Below are positions 48,577-59,545 of a stretch of DNA of 64,000 bases, in pieces. Location of the stretch: NCBI RefSeq assembly GCF_038025025.1, contig NW_027117346.1, positions 1,178,001 through 1,242,000 of the forward strand. Reading direction: 5' to 3'. This DNA comes from Phyllosticta citribraziliensis (Eukaryota). Both the position numbers and the translations under genes were made by a program. Numbering within the stretch: the first letter of the stretch is position 1; each line of letters begins with the position of its first letter. A model generated the notes under the pieces. The model ran no database searches and was not told where the DNA came from. It worked only from the letters and a program-made list of their open reading frames with translations.

Positions 48577-49536
48577 TCAAACTCTCTCTTCCCAGGCCTT
48601 GCAAACAGTGGTCCAATAGCGGTCCGGGTCTTCCCTCATGTGTCCAACGTGAGGGCTCTTTCCAAAATTCTCCCTATGCACGACCAATCCCTTGGCTTCC
48701 GCTTCTGCTGCGTGCTCTTCGACGTCGCCTGCCGGAATAATCTGATCGCCATTACTGTACACGTACCACCTGGGTGCTTCCTTGCGGATGACTTCTGGCG
48801 ACGTCGAGTTCAGTTGGTGCCTCAACAACGTTGCCATTGTCGGAAAGCCAAACATTGGGGGGATTTGGTAGAAGATTAGGAGGAGGGTTCCGATGGCGAA
48901 TTGCATTGGCCACCGCACGTAGAATTGTTTTGGAAGAGCCATGCTCATGGCCGTTATTGCAGGCAGCAATCTTGAATGACCGGGCGCTGAGTCGAGGATA
49001 AGAGTCTGCGCCGGCAGTGGTCTTTCTGTGATGAAGCGGTACTGCTCAGCCAAGAGGATCAAGTTGCCGCTGCCTCCGTTCGACATTGCGTGCACGAAAA
49101 GTCCATCCGAGTCGGGCGTCGGAATGAAGTTGTGGAGAGCGGCCAGTGCGGGAGCGAGATCCTTCTTTTGACGGGCCTTGTTGTTGAAGAAGAAATCCGA
49201 CGTCGACGACGTGAGGAGCAGAATCGGCGTGCTGGGCCAAAGCTGTTGGTAGTACAGAACGTACTTGGAAACGTGCTTGACATTTGCATCCATCCAACTT
49301 GACAGAAGCACCAACTTCGGATCCTTAGCATGCCGAGATGCTCTCGTCTCCTTTTCCTCTGGCGTGTAGAGGTGCGTCTTGTTGTTGAGGGACTTGAAGC
49401 CCGGCAAGACCGAGGCTGCGGCGACGGTCGACATGGTGCGGTACGTAGCTCTGGTGCCACCCGGAATTGACCTCGTTGACAGTGCAGTTCCACGCCAGAG
49501 CGTGAGAGGAAATCGGCTTTGGAAGCGATAAAACAT
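48577..49536 (-). CDS. DUF829 / TMEM53-family alpha-beta hydrolase-fold protein
   Basis: LVLLSSWMDA..KHVSKY, HAMSNGG, ILDSAPG, RWYVYSNGDQII...DVEEHA, FGKSPHVGHMR.DPDRYW. Start is ATG 49536 or 49434. Confidence 0.85.
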   Translation of the reverse strand: MFYRFQSRFPLTLWRGTALSTRSIPGGTRATYRTMSTVAAASVLPGFKSLNNKTHLYTPEEKETRASRHAKDPKLVLLSSWMDANVKHVSKYVLYYQQLWPSTPILLLTSSTSDFFFNNKARQKKDLAPALAALHNFIPTPDSDGLFVHAMSNGGSGNLILLAEQYRFITERPLPAQTLILDSAPGHSRLLPAITAMSMALPKQFYVRWPMQFAIGTLLLIFYQIPPMFGFPTMATLLRHQLNSTSPEVIRKEAPRWYVYSNGDQIIPAGDVEEHAAEAEAKGLVVHRENFGKSPHVGHMREDPDRYWTTVCKAWEERV

Positions 49537-50091
49537 CTCGTCTCTCTTTCTTTTGCACGGACTCGAGGCGTTCAACCGCTCCGGTCTTCGGCCGGGAGAG
49601 AATGTTACTAATCACGACCCTCGGCTTGAGGTCTTGATCGCTTCAAGACGACTTCCGCTAAACCCTTACTTCAACTGCGATTTTCTTAGCTTCCGTAAAG
49701 CCAGCACCCAAAAACCCTGCTGCTTATGCGGTCGCCAATGGCAGAGACGACCGGTCTGGACGATGGCCCGTGACGGGCGCTCACGCAATGCCCTCGTTGT
49801 CTACTTGGCGTTTGCCATCAAAGCGACGACTCGTGGACCGATAACAAAGCCCGAGAATCGATGGACCCTTGTGCTGCCTACTATTTTGAGATTGGCGGCA
49901 GCCACGTTCACGTCCATTTTCGCCAGCAAACACAAAGCCTTGAAAAGAGACGCTTGGAGCGCAGTACAAATACAACATGGGGCTGTCGTCTGAATCAAAG
50001 TTTTCCGTCCTCAATATTTCATTCTTTTCCCCCTCGCTCTTTTCATATTTTTCCTTCTCTCGGCCCTGGTGGCGTATTCTCGTACTTCAAA

Positions 50092-51669
50092 ATGAGCCGT
50101 ACTCAAGTCTTCAACCGCAAAGACTTCTCCAAGAGTTTAGCAGAAGGCCTCAAAGCCTATGGCTTCGTCTCAGCTTATGGCTGCAGTCCGTTGGTCATCG
50201 CGGTATGGGATGCCGTCCGCCCGTATTTACATGGCTCTATTTATGCATCTGGATGCATAATGATCCTCCTTCCGATGTTATGTTCAGCCGCCACTGGGCT
50301 AGTGTCTGGAATCGCTGGAATACCGGAATTGCTCAACAAGTTTTACACGACGTACTGGACAAGTTCAGTCACCATTGACGATAGCCGATGGGATGTTTTG
50401 CACAAGGTCATCGCTTGGGCCAATCACAACATTCCGGCCACTGGAAGAAACATCAAGGTCACAGACAAGAGAGTCACCGGCCTCAACGAGCAGACGATTG
50501 ATTTTGGAACCGCTGGAAGACAAGGATTCATCCACAAGAATCTCCGTTTCTGGTTGGAACACACGACGACAAAGGTCAATTCAAATGATGAAGTCGACAA
50601 CGTGACCATCACATGCGGAGGTAGAGATACACGGCCTCTGCAAGACTTTGTCAGAATGTGCGAGACTTTTACCGACGAGCTCATCAGCGAGGCAGTCTCG
50701 GTTTCCAAGCCAGACGACCGATTCCGCCACTTTCAACCCCCAATCTACACTCGTAGACGAGACATGTCGTCGGTCGACATGGAAGAAGACGTCAAAGCGG
50801 CTTTGATCAGAGATGCACGGAATTACTTCCACCCTGCCTCCAAGGCCTATTACGCTAATCAAGGCATTCCTCTTCGCCGGGGCTATCTCTTCTGGGGTCC
50901 TCCGGGTTGCGGCAAGACATCCATCTGTGTCGCTCTTGCCAGCCTGCTCCAAGTGAAGCTCTTCTCCATTTCTCTGGCCTCTGCAAATGCCAACGACCGC
51001 AACCTGGAAAAGCTCTTCTCTGATCTCCCAAACAAGTGCGTCGTGCTGCTCGAAGACATTGACAGCGCGGGCATTAGCCGCGAGAACATGGCCCAATCCA
51101 CGAGCAAGAAGTCTGCGGACAGGCAGAAGGGTTTCGACGACGAACATCTCCCGCCGCGCGTCACCCTGAGCGGCCTCTTGAACGTCATCGACGGCGCCGG
51201 AGCCGCCGAGGGCCGCCTCATCATCATGACGTCCAACCACCCGGAGACGCTCGATCACGCCCTCATCCGCCCCGGCCGCATCGACAAGCAAGTCTACTTT
51301 GGCCGCGTCTCCAAGAACGTCGCGGCGGCCATGTTCAAGCGCATCTACAACAGCTACGACGACGACGAGCAGCAGGATGCCGACTTTGACGACTTCATGA
51401 CGGACGTCGATGCCGTCGAGGACCTGGATCTCCTGGCCGCTGAGTTTGCCCGCCAGGTCCAGGAAGACACACTGACGCCGGCTAAGTTGCAGTGCTTCCT
51501 CTTGGAGCGCCGCACTTCGCCTTGGGATGCCCTGCGAGATTTTCCACAGTGGGCAGCAAAGACCCAAGCAAAGCAATGGGAGGCGAGAGCGCACAGCATC
51601 GCCGTGGAGAGTGAGTCCTCTTCAGACGACGAGGTTTACTATTCGGCCAGATCGCGCTTCAGCCCCTGA
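50092..51669 (+). CDS. BCS1-like AAA ATPase (divergent fungal paralogue), intronless
   Basis: YYANQGIPLRRGYLFWGPPGCGKTS (Walker A), VVLLEDID (Walker B), VTLSGLLNVIDG...EGRLIIMTSNHPETLDHALIRPGRID, LTPAKLQCFL. Confidence 0.88.
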   Translation: MSRTQVFNRKDFSKSLAEGLKAYGFVSAYGCSPLVIAVWDAVRPYLHGSIYASGCIMILLPMLCSAATGLVSGIAGIPELLNKFYTTYWTSSVTIDDSRWDVLHKVIAWANHNIPATGRNIKVTDKRVTGLNEQTIDFGTAGRQGFIHKNLRFWLEHTTTKVNSNDEVDNVTITCGGRDTRPLQDFVRMCETFTDELISEAVSVSKPDDRFRHFQPPIYTRRRDMSSVDMEEDVKAALIRDARNYFHPASKAYYANQGIPLRRGYLFWGPPGCGKTSICVALASLLQVKLFSISLASANANDRNLEKLFSDLPNKCVVLLEDIDSAGISRENMAQSTSKKSADRQKGFDDEHLPPRVTLSGLLNVIDGAGAAEGRLIIMTSNHPETLDHALIRPGRIDKQVYFGRVSKNVAAAMFKRIYNSYDDDEQQDADFDDFMTDVDAVEDLDLLAAEFARQVQEDTLTPAKLQCFLLERRTSPWDALRDFPQWAAKTQAKQWEARAHSIAVESESSSDDEVYYSARSRFSP

Positions 51670-54483
51670 TTGTCCGCATCGCTGCAGGTATGTCACCAAG
51701 CTTCTTTCTGTTGACGGTAAATAGTCACGTCTAAGGCGCTGGTATTCTAAACATTCAATGTCAAACTTACATCCCACGTACTTTCGTCTTTACAGCCGTG
51801 CTCATTCAAGTCTGAAGTTGTCAAGGCAGATGTCGCAAAAGGTGATTAACAACAGCGAGCAAGTTCCAGAACGACATTTCCTTTGTTTCGTAGCGCCCCT
51901 CAGCCTCCACATTTGCGATCAAAGACGGTGCAGTAAAGACATGACAAAGAGAGAGGTTTTTGATTTCTTCTCGCTGGGGGCACAGTCTTAACTCTTCTAG
52001 AAGCACAATCAGCAAAATCCTCTTCTGACAGGATGTTCCAGCCATTTCCGCCAAGAGTAATAGCTCTCAACGCCTCAAGGTTTGACATGACATGTTGTGA
52101 CACTCATGTGTGGAAAAATAGGGAGCATCGATCTGCTTTTCCCAATGTACAGTCGCAGGCAATCAAGAGTGCCATGGTCAGAGGATTCTGAGGAGCGTCC
52201 CCAGCCATCACATCTGTAAAGGAGGTCGCCAACAAGGAGCAATCACAAACCTGCGGAATGTGCAGCGCGTGCCACGACTTTTGCGCCCAAGCCTCACTCC
52301 TTCTCGGCCCTCTCATTGGACGGTAGACTTCATCTAGACGTTAGACGTTGGACAACGCTGCGACGCACCGGCTCAATCAACACAACACGCACATGGCGCG
52401 ACAATCTACCGCCGCCGTCTGATGCTAAGAATAGCGCCACCCCTACCGCACTCGACGTGGGGATGCGGCAGCTCTGCAAGCGGCCGACGTACGGTACACG
52501 GCTCCAGGAGATCCCCAGAAATAAAGTCACGGCGGAGAAGGGGAACACCTCGAGGTGAGCAGGGATGCTCCCAAGGCGCTGCTGTAACGTCGCGCACCAA
52601 TCAAAGTTTGATTTGCACTCATTCGCCGCATGCTTGGTCGGCTTCTCCGAAATCACTGTAAATCTCTCGAAAGTACAGGTCAAAGTCTTATTATTGTGCT
52701 TATGGTTTAGCCGCAATAAAGAAGGCCCTTTTTTTATATTTGATGGTTTTGATCTAGACAAGAGTGGTTTGGTACAATGCGGTACCATCTGTTTCGACAC
52801 CTGAAACAATCAGGAGCGTCAACGGTATGTATGCGAGAGAAGCGAAATGGTTCAAAGAAGAGAAGCGGAAAGGTTCTCAAAGTAGAAGCCTCTGCTGCCC
52901 AGCATCTCCAACAGATCCGTCCTCAACACCCTGTATGCTCCGCGTCTTAGAAGGACTGGCGGACTTCTTGGGAAAGAGAGCGGTTGAAGGAGATCGCGCT
53001 GGGACGGCAAGATCAGAATGTAGAGTCAGCGGGCCAGGTACCAGGGGCACCTCATTCTCCCAGCCACCGCGCCGTACCGTGCCGCGTGAGACCAGAAGAT
53101 CGGCAAGCGCGGGAGAGCCGTGACGTGCGTGAAGACTGTCGAGTGTGAAACTCGAAACGAACAGAACAGAATTAACACGCAGCGGGGTCCTGGCCCGCGT
53201 CAGGAACATGTAGAAACAATAGTGTAGAACGTGAAGATGATCAAAGGACAGCGAGGCAATGAGACAGTACGAAAGAACCCCGACAAGACGAAAAGAAATG
53301 CCGTACAAAGCCAAACGAAACTGATAGATAGCTTGCACAATGAGTGTCTTGACAAACATGCTTTAGCTGGGGTATTTGCAGCATTTGGTGGTATAATTTA
53401 TGCAAAGAGCAAGACAGAGCAAACAGCGGCGACAATTCCACCAAAATCCATCACCTTAATCCACAATCCATTTAGCAACCAACGAGCAAGAAAGGAGTCA
53501 CGAAACAGAAAAGGAAGAACGAAGCAATCCGAATGCAATTAGTGTGTTATAGAAGAGAAGAGTGAATTCGAGGCAAACCCGGCAAGCGTGCTGAAAGACA
53601 GGCGCTATAGGCGCCGCGTTGGCAGGCAAGCCGTGGAGGGAATCGAAAAAGTCGTCAAGTTTGGGGATGCTCGTGCTGTGCAAACGGCATTAGGCGTGTG
53701 CGTGTGGTGAAGTGGTGAAGACGGAAAATGGCTGACCATCGCCGGGGAGACCGGAGGGGAAAGCCCGAGGAAGAAACAAAACCGGATATCGCAGAAGAGT
53801 AAAAAAGGAAACGCGGCCAGAGGAAGGAACAGCGGCGGACTCTGAAAGGACCTCGGGGGCCAAGACGCGGAAGGTGGACCGAAGGCGAGTAAGAGAGCCA
53901 GCGCGGTGGTTGCCGACTTGTCGACGGAAAGGAGGGGACCTGATCCACTAGCCCAGGCGCGGCATGAAGAGCAGAATTTTCAACGCGCATAGTGCAACCG
54001 AAAAAGCCCCGTCGCGGCAAGAGCCCAACCATCAACACCCCGTCCAACCAACAGTAATGTTCCCCCCACCCGAGCCGTATGGTCTAATCGCAGCTCAACA
54101 GGCGAAAACAAAAAAACCCTAACCATCCCAGTGAAATCTACGCAAGCCAGAGAGCAATTTGGGGGATGCGCATGCCGTAATCGTCAAAGCCAATCCGGTG
54201 TTGAGGCGCCGGTGTCGAAGTGTAGTGCAAGGAAAAGCTGCGTCTGCGCAAGCGTGCCGTCGTCAAAAACAAAGAAACCAGAATCTCGGTATCGACAGGG
54301 AGGAGACCGGAGTAGGAGAGAAGGGAAAATGCGCAAAGCTTTTGAAAAACAATCCCCCAAAACTTTTTCAATGCCAATTCGCTGCAAAAGCAAAGCGAAA
54401 CAAGTCTGAGGCTTATTGACAGCAGTCAAGAGTCAGACAGCCCATGCTGCGGGCGCCCGGCAAGCCCTGGCGTCTTTGGTGCA

Positions 54484-55908
54484 TCAGCCGGCGACAGACT
54501 GAGGGAAGCCGGTTGCCATGAAGTAAGGCGGGTGCTGACGGGCGCAGTACATGCAGTTGCAGCCGACGCCGTGGCCGCTCCACATGTGGTGGCCGTAAAC
54601 AGGGGTGTACGCCGAAGGGGTGAAGAGCGGAGCCTGCTCCTGCGGGCTGGGCAGCTGATGGTAGGGAGGGAAACCGAAGACGCTGCGACGTGTGTAACCC
54701 TCGGGAGGAGCCCAAGTTCCAGGTCCGCCGTAGTACTCTGGAGTGGTAGGTCCAGTGTGGGGCGCAGACGAAGGAGAGCGCTCGGTCGTAGTGCGGGACA
54801 CGCCCCAGGGGTCGTGCTGAGCGTAACCAGGCGTGCCGTGCTGCGACAAAGAGTCGCACGAGGACAGGGACTTGGCATACGTCGATTGAACGGGAGACGG
54901 CAGCTTCGGAAGCGAACGCAAACGGTTCATGTTGTGCTGAACCCTGGTGTCAATGGGAGCAAGCTTCGTCTGGTTAGCGACGCGAGCGGCAGCGCGGGCC
55001 TCAAATTCCTTCCAGTGCTCGTTCCAAGAGTTGAAGCCACGGGGTTCGTTGGGCTGGCGATGCAGGTTGAACCCGAGTTTTTCAAGCCAGTCGCGCTCCA
55101 GATGGTTCAGTTCGACGACGTTGATGCCGCTGACTTCGGACCAAGACCTGTTGATGAACGTGTTGTCGTCGAGGAACTTGCTTCCCAACATCAAAGCAGT
55201 CGTCAAAAGACGATAGATTTGAGAGTCGGGTCCCTTGAGCGGCGCACCAGTCGAAAGCATGTCCATGCGAATCGACAAGTAGTTGAGGCTCAGCATGATC
55301 GTAGCCGAGGGGAGGCGGGTCGCACAGAGAACCTGGTGGACCCACTTCCTGAAGGACGGAGGCGATTGACGACCTGGTTGGATGCTTCGCACAAGGTCAA
55401 TATCTGCAAGGCAGATCGGGGAGTTGAGCAGAGCATACATTCCCTGTGCCATCTCGGACACGAAATCCGTCATGGTCTCCATTTCGTAGTCGAGCTTGGC
55501 ACTGACGCCACCAACGGGCTTTTCTTCCTTCAAGGCCATGTCCACGCGAGGCTGTTCTTGCATCGTACGCTGCATATTCATTTCGGGCATGGGGAGAGGT
55601 AAGATGGGGGCGCCAACAGACTCGTAGTAAGCAGGAGGCTGGAAGGTGGACGTATTCGCATTCTGGTATCCCGCATGCTGGGGGTACGCCATGTGCTGGG
55701 GAGCCATGCCGGAGGGGTGGCCGTAGCGGTCTGAAAAGTCGTAGCGATGCTCCTCATGATTTCCGATGCCGGGCTGAGCGGAGTAGTGGTGTTGCTGGTA
55801 CTGCATATTTCCACAACCGTTGTTGTTGTTGGCGTTGTAGCTCGGAACGAATTCTGGCGGCGACAAGGGAAGGTGCCGCGGCATGGGAGGGCGGAAGAAG
55901 GAAGGCAT
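54484..55908 (-). CDS. CLG1: Pho85-type cyclin, Clg1-like
   Basis: EEKPVGGVSAKLDYEME.MTDFV, FRKWVHQVLCATRLPSATI, ALMLGSKFLDDNTFINRSWSEVSGI.V.ELN.LERDWL. Confidence 0.85.
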   Translation of the reverse strand: MPSFFRPPMPRHLPLSPPEFVPSYNANNNNGCGNMQYQQHHYSAQPGIGNHEEHRYDFSDRYGHPSGMAPQHMAYPQHAGYQNANTSTFQPPAYYESVGAPILPLPMPEMNMQRTMQEQPRVDMALKEEKPVGGVSAKLDYEMETMTDFVSEMAQGMYALLNSPICLADIDLVRSIQPGRQSPPSFRKWVHQVLCATRLPSATIMLSLNYLSIRMDMLSTGAPLKGPDSQIYRLLTTALMLGSKFLDDNTFINRSWSEVSGINVVELNHLERDWLEKLGFNLHRQPNEPRGFNSWNEHWKEFEARAAARVANQTKLAPIDTRVQHNMNRLRSLPKLPSPVQSTYAKSLSSCDSLSQHGTPGYAQHDPWGVSRTTTERSPSSAPHTGPTTPEYYGGPGTWAPPEGYTRRSVFGFPPYHQLPSPQEQAPLFTPSAYTPVYGHHMWSGHGVGCNCMYCARQHPPYFMATGFPQSVAG

Positions 55909-56594
55909 CCTGGACTAAACAGGCGCAGTGAAATAAAAGAAACAGTGCGCAGACACTCTGGGACGGTCAGAAGAGGAAGTCTTGAGCGGTTTTGGGAGGA
56001 CTGACCGTTTCTTTTACCTCCGACCGAAGCGAACTTTGAGCAAAAGCTCTGAAGGCGACCCTGAAAAGCGAATCTAGTAACAGTGTCTCATGCGCGGGCG
56101 AAGATTACGAGTTGGCTGAGGATGTGTTGCGAAGACTGGCGAGTTGTCGATGTTGAGTTAAGATGAGCGGAGACAGCAAAGGAGCCGACCTATGCGCGAG
56201 TGTTGTTGACGTGTGGTCCGGGTGTTGTTGAGTTCACAAGAGAGTTGTGAAGGTGAAAACCAGGGCCAAACAGCAGTCGGGGCCTTGACAAGCACGGGTC
56301 GAAAGACAACGGCGACGCGTTTTGCTCGACGAGACGTGCGAGTGCTTTCTGTCTTTGGGAACAGAATGTCGGTGGGTAGGCCGAGACGATTCTAAGTAAA
56401 TAGCTCGTCGTGGGTAGCCTCTTCTCGACCGCCTTTTCGGTCAAGCCGGCCTACAACAAAGAAGGCGGCTCGCAGGATTCGCTGGAAGATGCGGCTCAGA
56501 GCGACGAGAACGGGACGATGATTGTGCGTTCGTGTTGCTGCGGCGTCAGGCAGGGAAAAGAAGATGAGGAGGGAGGAGAGGAAGAAGGTGCAAT

Positions 56595-56624
56595 CGGTCG
56601 GTCGGTCGGTCGGTCGGTCGGTCG
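56595..56624. repeat. (CGGT)n tetranucleotide microsatellite
   Basis: cggtcggtcggtcggtcggtcggtcggtcg, seen directly. Confidence 0.9.
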
Positions 56625-57416
56625 GGCGACGGGAGAGAGAACCGTGGCTTGGAGAAGAATCTGCTGGAGTCGGCGCAGCGCACGGGACTTTTGCAGATGA
56701 TTCTCACGATGCCAGATCTCGAGCCACGGCAGAGAGGAGAGAGGATGGAGGAGGATGCGAGTGGATGGCGGCGACAAACGGAGGGCGGAAGCAGGACTTG
56801 TATCTTTTCGACGGCGGTCCGAGGCAAAGTCGGGGCCAGGAACGATGAGCAGCGTCACAGCCGGTGGGGACGGAGGAAGGGGAGCGCTGTGGCCAGGGCG
56901 CTGATGTCGAATGATTTGGCGGCGCAAGGAGGAGATGGTTGGGGAGGGAGAGAAGAAAAGAGGCGAGAGAGGGGAGGGTGGATCGAGAAGGGACATATGA
57001 GACCGGACGGACGAGGGACGGGAGTCGAGTCGGGGCCGTGGTGATTCATCAGCCCGCCCCCAGTCCCAACCTGAGCGTCTGGCCCTTCAGTTCGGGCACC
57101 AGACGCAGCCTACATGTACAGTGCCCTTCCTGTGGCTTACATCATGTCATCTGTGTTGTGGCTGTGGTTGTGGCTGCGCCTGTTGGCCACAATGAACGCC
57201 CGCCGCACAACCTCCAACGCACACGATGCATCGCTCGAAGACAAGGAGGCCAACACAGACAGAAGCTTGATAAGAGTGCCAGGACATGATCAATCCATTC
57301 AAACTCCCTCCGTCTAATTCGTCCCAGGCTCCGTTACTTTTTCTACCTCTGCAGTGGCACCCGAACGCCCAGCTCTAAACGAGTTCAACCAGCATTTTAC
57401 CTCCCCAAAGAGGTCC

Positions 57417-58596
57417 TTACAAGCCGGATACGTACTTTTCGCCGGTCGCATGTCCACCCTCGGCATCTAGGTAAGCAGCTCTGGTCACATTGACGGTGCG
57501 GTCAGCGGCGCTGTCAACACCAATCGAGCCCCAGGCCAGGATACCAGCCGTAATGTCGGAACTGTCAAGGTAGATGTACTCCACGAACGGGTCGTACTCA
57601 TTGGTGGCCTGGCCACCTGAAAAGCGGTCCTCGTTGTTCGACGTCACTGCGATCGTGTTGGTGTTGTAGGGGGCCGTGGCCTCAACAGCCGAGCGCAGCG
57701 TCTCGTCAAAGTAGAGCTGGCCAATGTGGGCAACCGTACCGCCAGTCGAGGTGCTGTTTGCAAGCGCCTTGGATCCAACGTGGACGACGACGTGCTCGTG
57801 AGTAGTACGGCCGAGGTAGTGACCTTGATGGCAGTTAGCAGAGTCCACCAACGTACAGAGCCATGGATTGCGCACCGGGGAATATGGTGTCAAAATCAAC
57901 GATACCATCAACGTTGGTTGACTGGACGCCACGCAAGAAGGTCGAGTTGAAGCCGCCTTGGACGCTACCGTCAATGCTGACGCCGATGCCGGAGTAGACA
58001 CCAGTGGCGTTGCACTACAAACACCGATCAGTACATGCTGACAAGCTCAAAGATTGAACCAGACTCACCCCCCAAATGTCGACAAAGGCTTCGGGAAGAG
58101 GCTCGCAAGTGGTGGTGTCGATGAACTGCATCTCAAGGTGGAGGGGAACACCAGGCTGCTCCTCAGTCACATCAGCGCGGATGTACTCACCAGAGACAAA
58201 GTAGGGGCCAATGGTGGTCTCTGGGGTGAGGATGCAGCTGGTATTCGCGCCAAATAGATCGGCGTCGGCGGCGACAATGCCCGTCTCATTGTGGTTGACA
58301 TTTCCCCAAGCCACAAAGTCATCGAGATTGCGACGGTGCTTGATGCTGTTAGTAATGCCACGCTCCTTACGCAGACGCTGAAGAGTGGCAGCACGGCGCT
58401 CAATGGCCCGCTCCTGGGTCCTCTTCATCTTCTCCGAGCCAGCACACTTTTCAAGGGAGCGAGTCTGCTGGCTGGCGATGGCGTTGCGGTATTCAATCTC
58501 ACGCTTGACCTGAGTATGGGTGCGGTGAGGCTCAGGGTGGGCTATAGCCAGAGTTGAGAGAGCCGCCACAGCAGCAACAGCAGAAAGGTTAACCAT
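57417..58596 (-). CDS. Secreted intradiol ring-cleavage dioxygenase-like protein; exons 58596..58069, 58014..57876, 57823..57417
   Basis: Signal peptide. CILTPETTIGPYF...IRADVTEEQPGVPL, DIWGCNATGVYSG, TFLRGVQ.T..DG...FDTIFPGHY.GRTTHEH, HIGQLYFDE. The Tyr/Tyr/His/His iron-ligand positions are present. Confidence 0.88.
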
Positions 58597-58749
58597 TTTG
58601 GAAAAAGAGGAGGAGAACGGCTGTCAAGGCAAAGCTTAGACTGGAGTGATGGTGCTGTCTACGAGGATATGTTGGATTGTCGCCCGGATCTTATACACGG
58701 CCTGAGCAACGTCCTCAAGATTTTTGCAACAGTCGACAGCCGTACACAG

Positions 58750-59037
58750 GTCCACGCCGCTGTCAGGCCCCAGCATTGCGGTACTTTGGTGCCGGTCAAT
58801 AACGGGAAGCTGATTCAATCGACCTGCAGAATAGAGCGTAGTAAGTGGACCAGGGACCTCTATCGTGCACGTACGGCCGGGGAACTTCCTCATATTGCAG
58901 CAATCGGCTGTCGTCCACGCCGCCACCAGGCTCAAGCATTTTGGCACTTCAGCGCTGGTCAATCATGGGGAAGCTGATACAATCAACCCGCAGAAAAGAG
59001 CGGGAAAGTGGACCGAAGAGGCACCTCTACGGTGCAC
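58750..59037. repeat. Degenerate direct repeat: ~120-bp copies at 58750-58870 and 58913-59037
   Basis: Both copies share gtccacgccgc..cagg...agcatt..gg.actt....gc.ggtcaat...gggaagctgat.caatc.acc.gcagaa.agagcg...aagtggacc...acctcta..gtgcac. Confidence 0.8.
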
Positions 59038-59509
59038 TATTCTCATCAACTCATTTGGTGTTTGGCACGTGCAGCCTTGGCCGAAGCCGTGCAGTGTTCG
59101 AAACGCTCTTAGCACTGCCGTTTTGTCGGGGACCTATCTCCAACGACCACTTAAAGACAGCTGCTTTGTAGGGCAAAGAGTTGACCCACTGCTCGCTCGC
59201 TGCGGAACAAAGGCGACGTATCACTGCCGCCCTCCAGAACTGCTTGATAGGTCGGTACACAATCTGCAGGCTCCCAGGCTGTGGGCGCGTGATTGGCAGG
59301 TTTCAAGGAATGCTCCCAATGTAGGCGACATATCGGCCAAGCCCGGCCGCGATTCAGCTGGTAGGTTGCGGCTCCGCTGGAAAAATCTACCGACGCTACC
59401 CAAGTCAGCAAGATGTCACTTTAATACTCCTCTCAGCGCACCTTTTCGGCGCAAGTCTTTACGCCCACACTGAGGGTAGAGAGGAAGGAATCTCTCTTGG
59501 TCGGTTGTT

Positions 59510-59545
59510 GGTTGGTTAGGGTGGTTAGGGTGGCTAGGGTAAGTG
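59510..59545. repeat. Short telomere-like array (GGTTAGGGT)x2 + GGCTAGGGT
   Basis: TTAGGG at 59516 and 59525, CTAGGG at 59534, with 9-bp periodicity. Confidence 0.6.

Noticed and set aside
59510..59545. Possible telomerase RNA template
   Set aside because: The canonical Pezizomycotina template TAACCCTAA is absent, the repeats have 9-bp spacing, and I recognised no pseudoknot or CR4/5 element.
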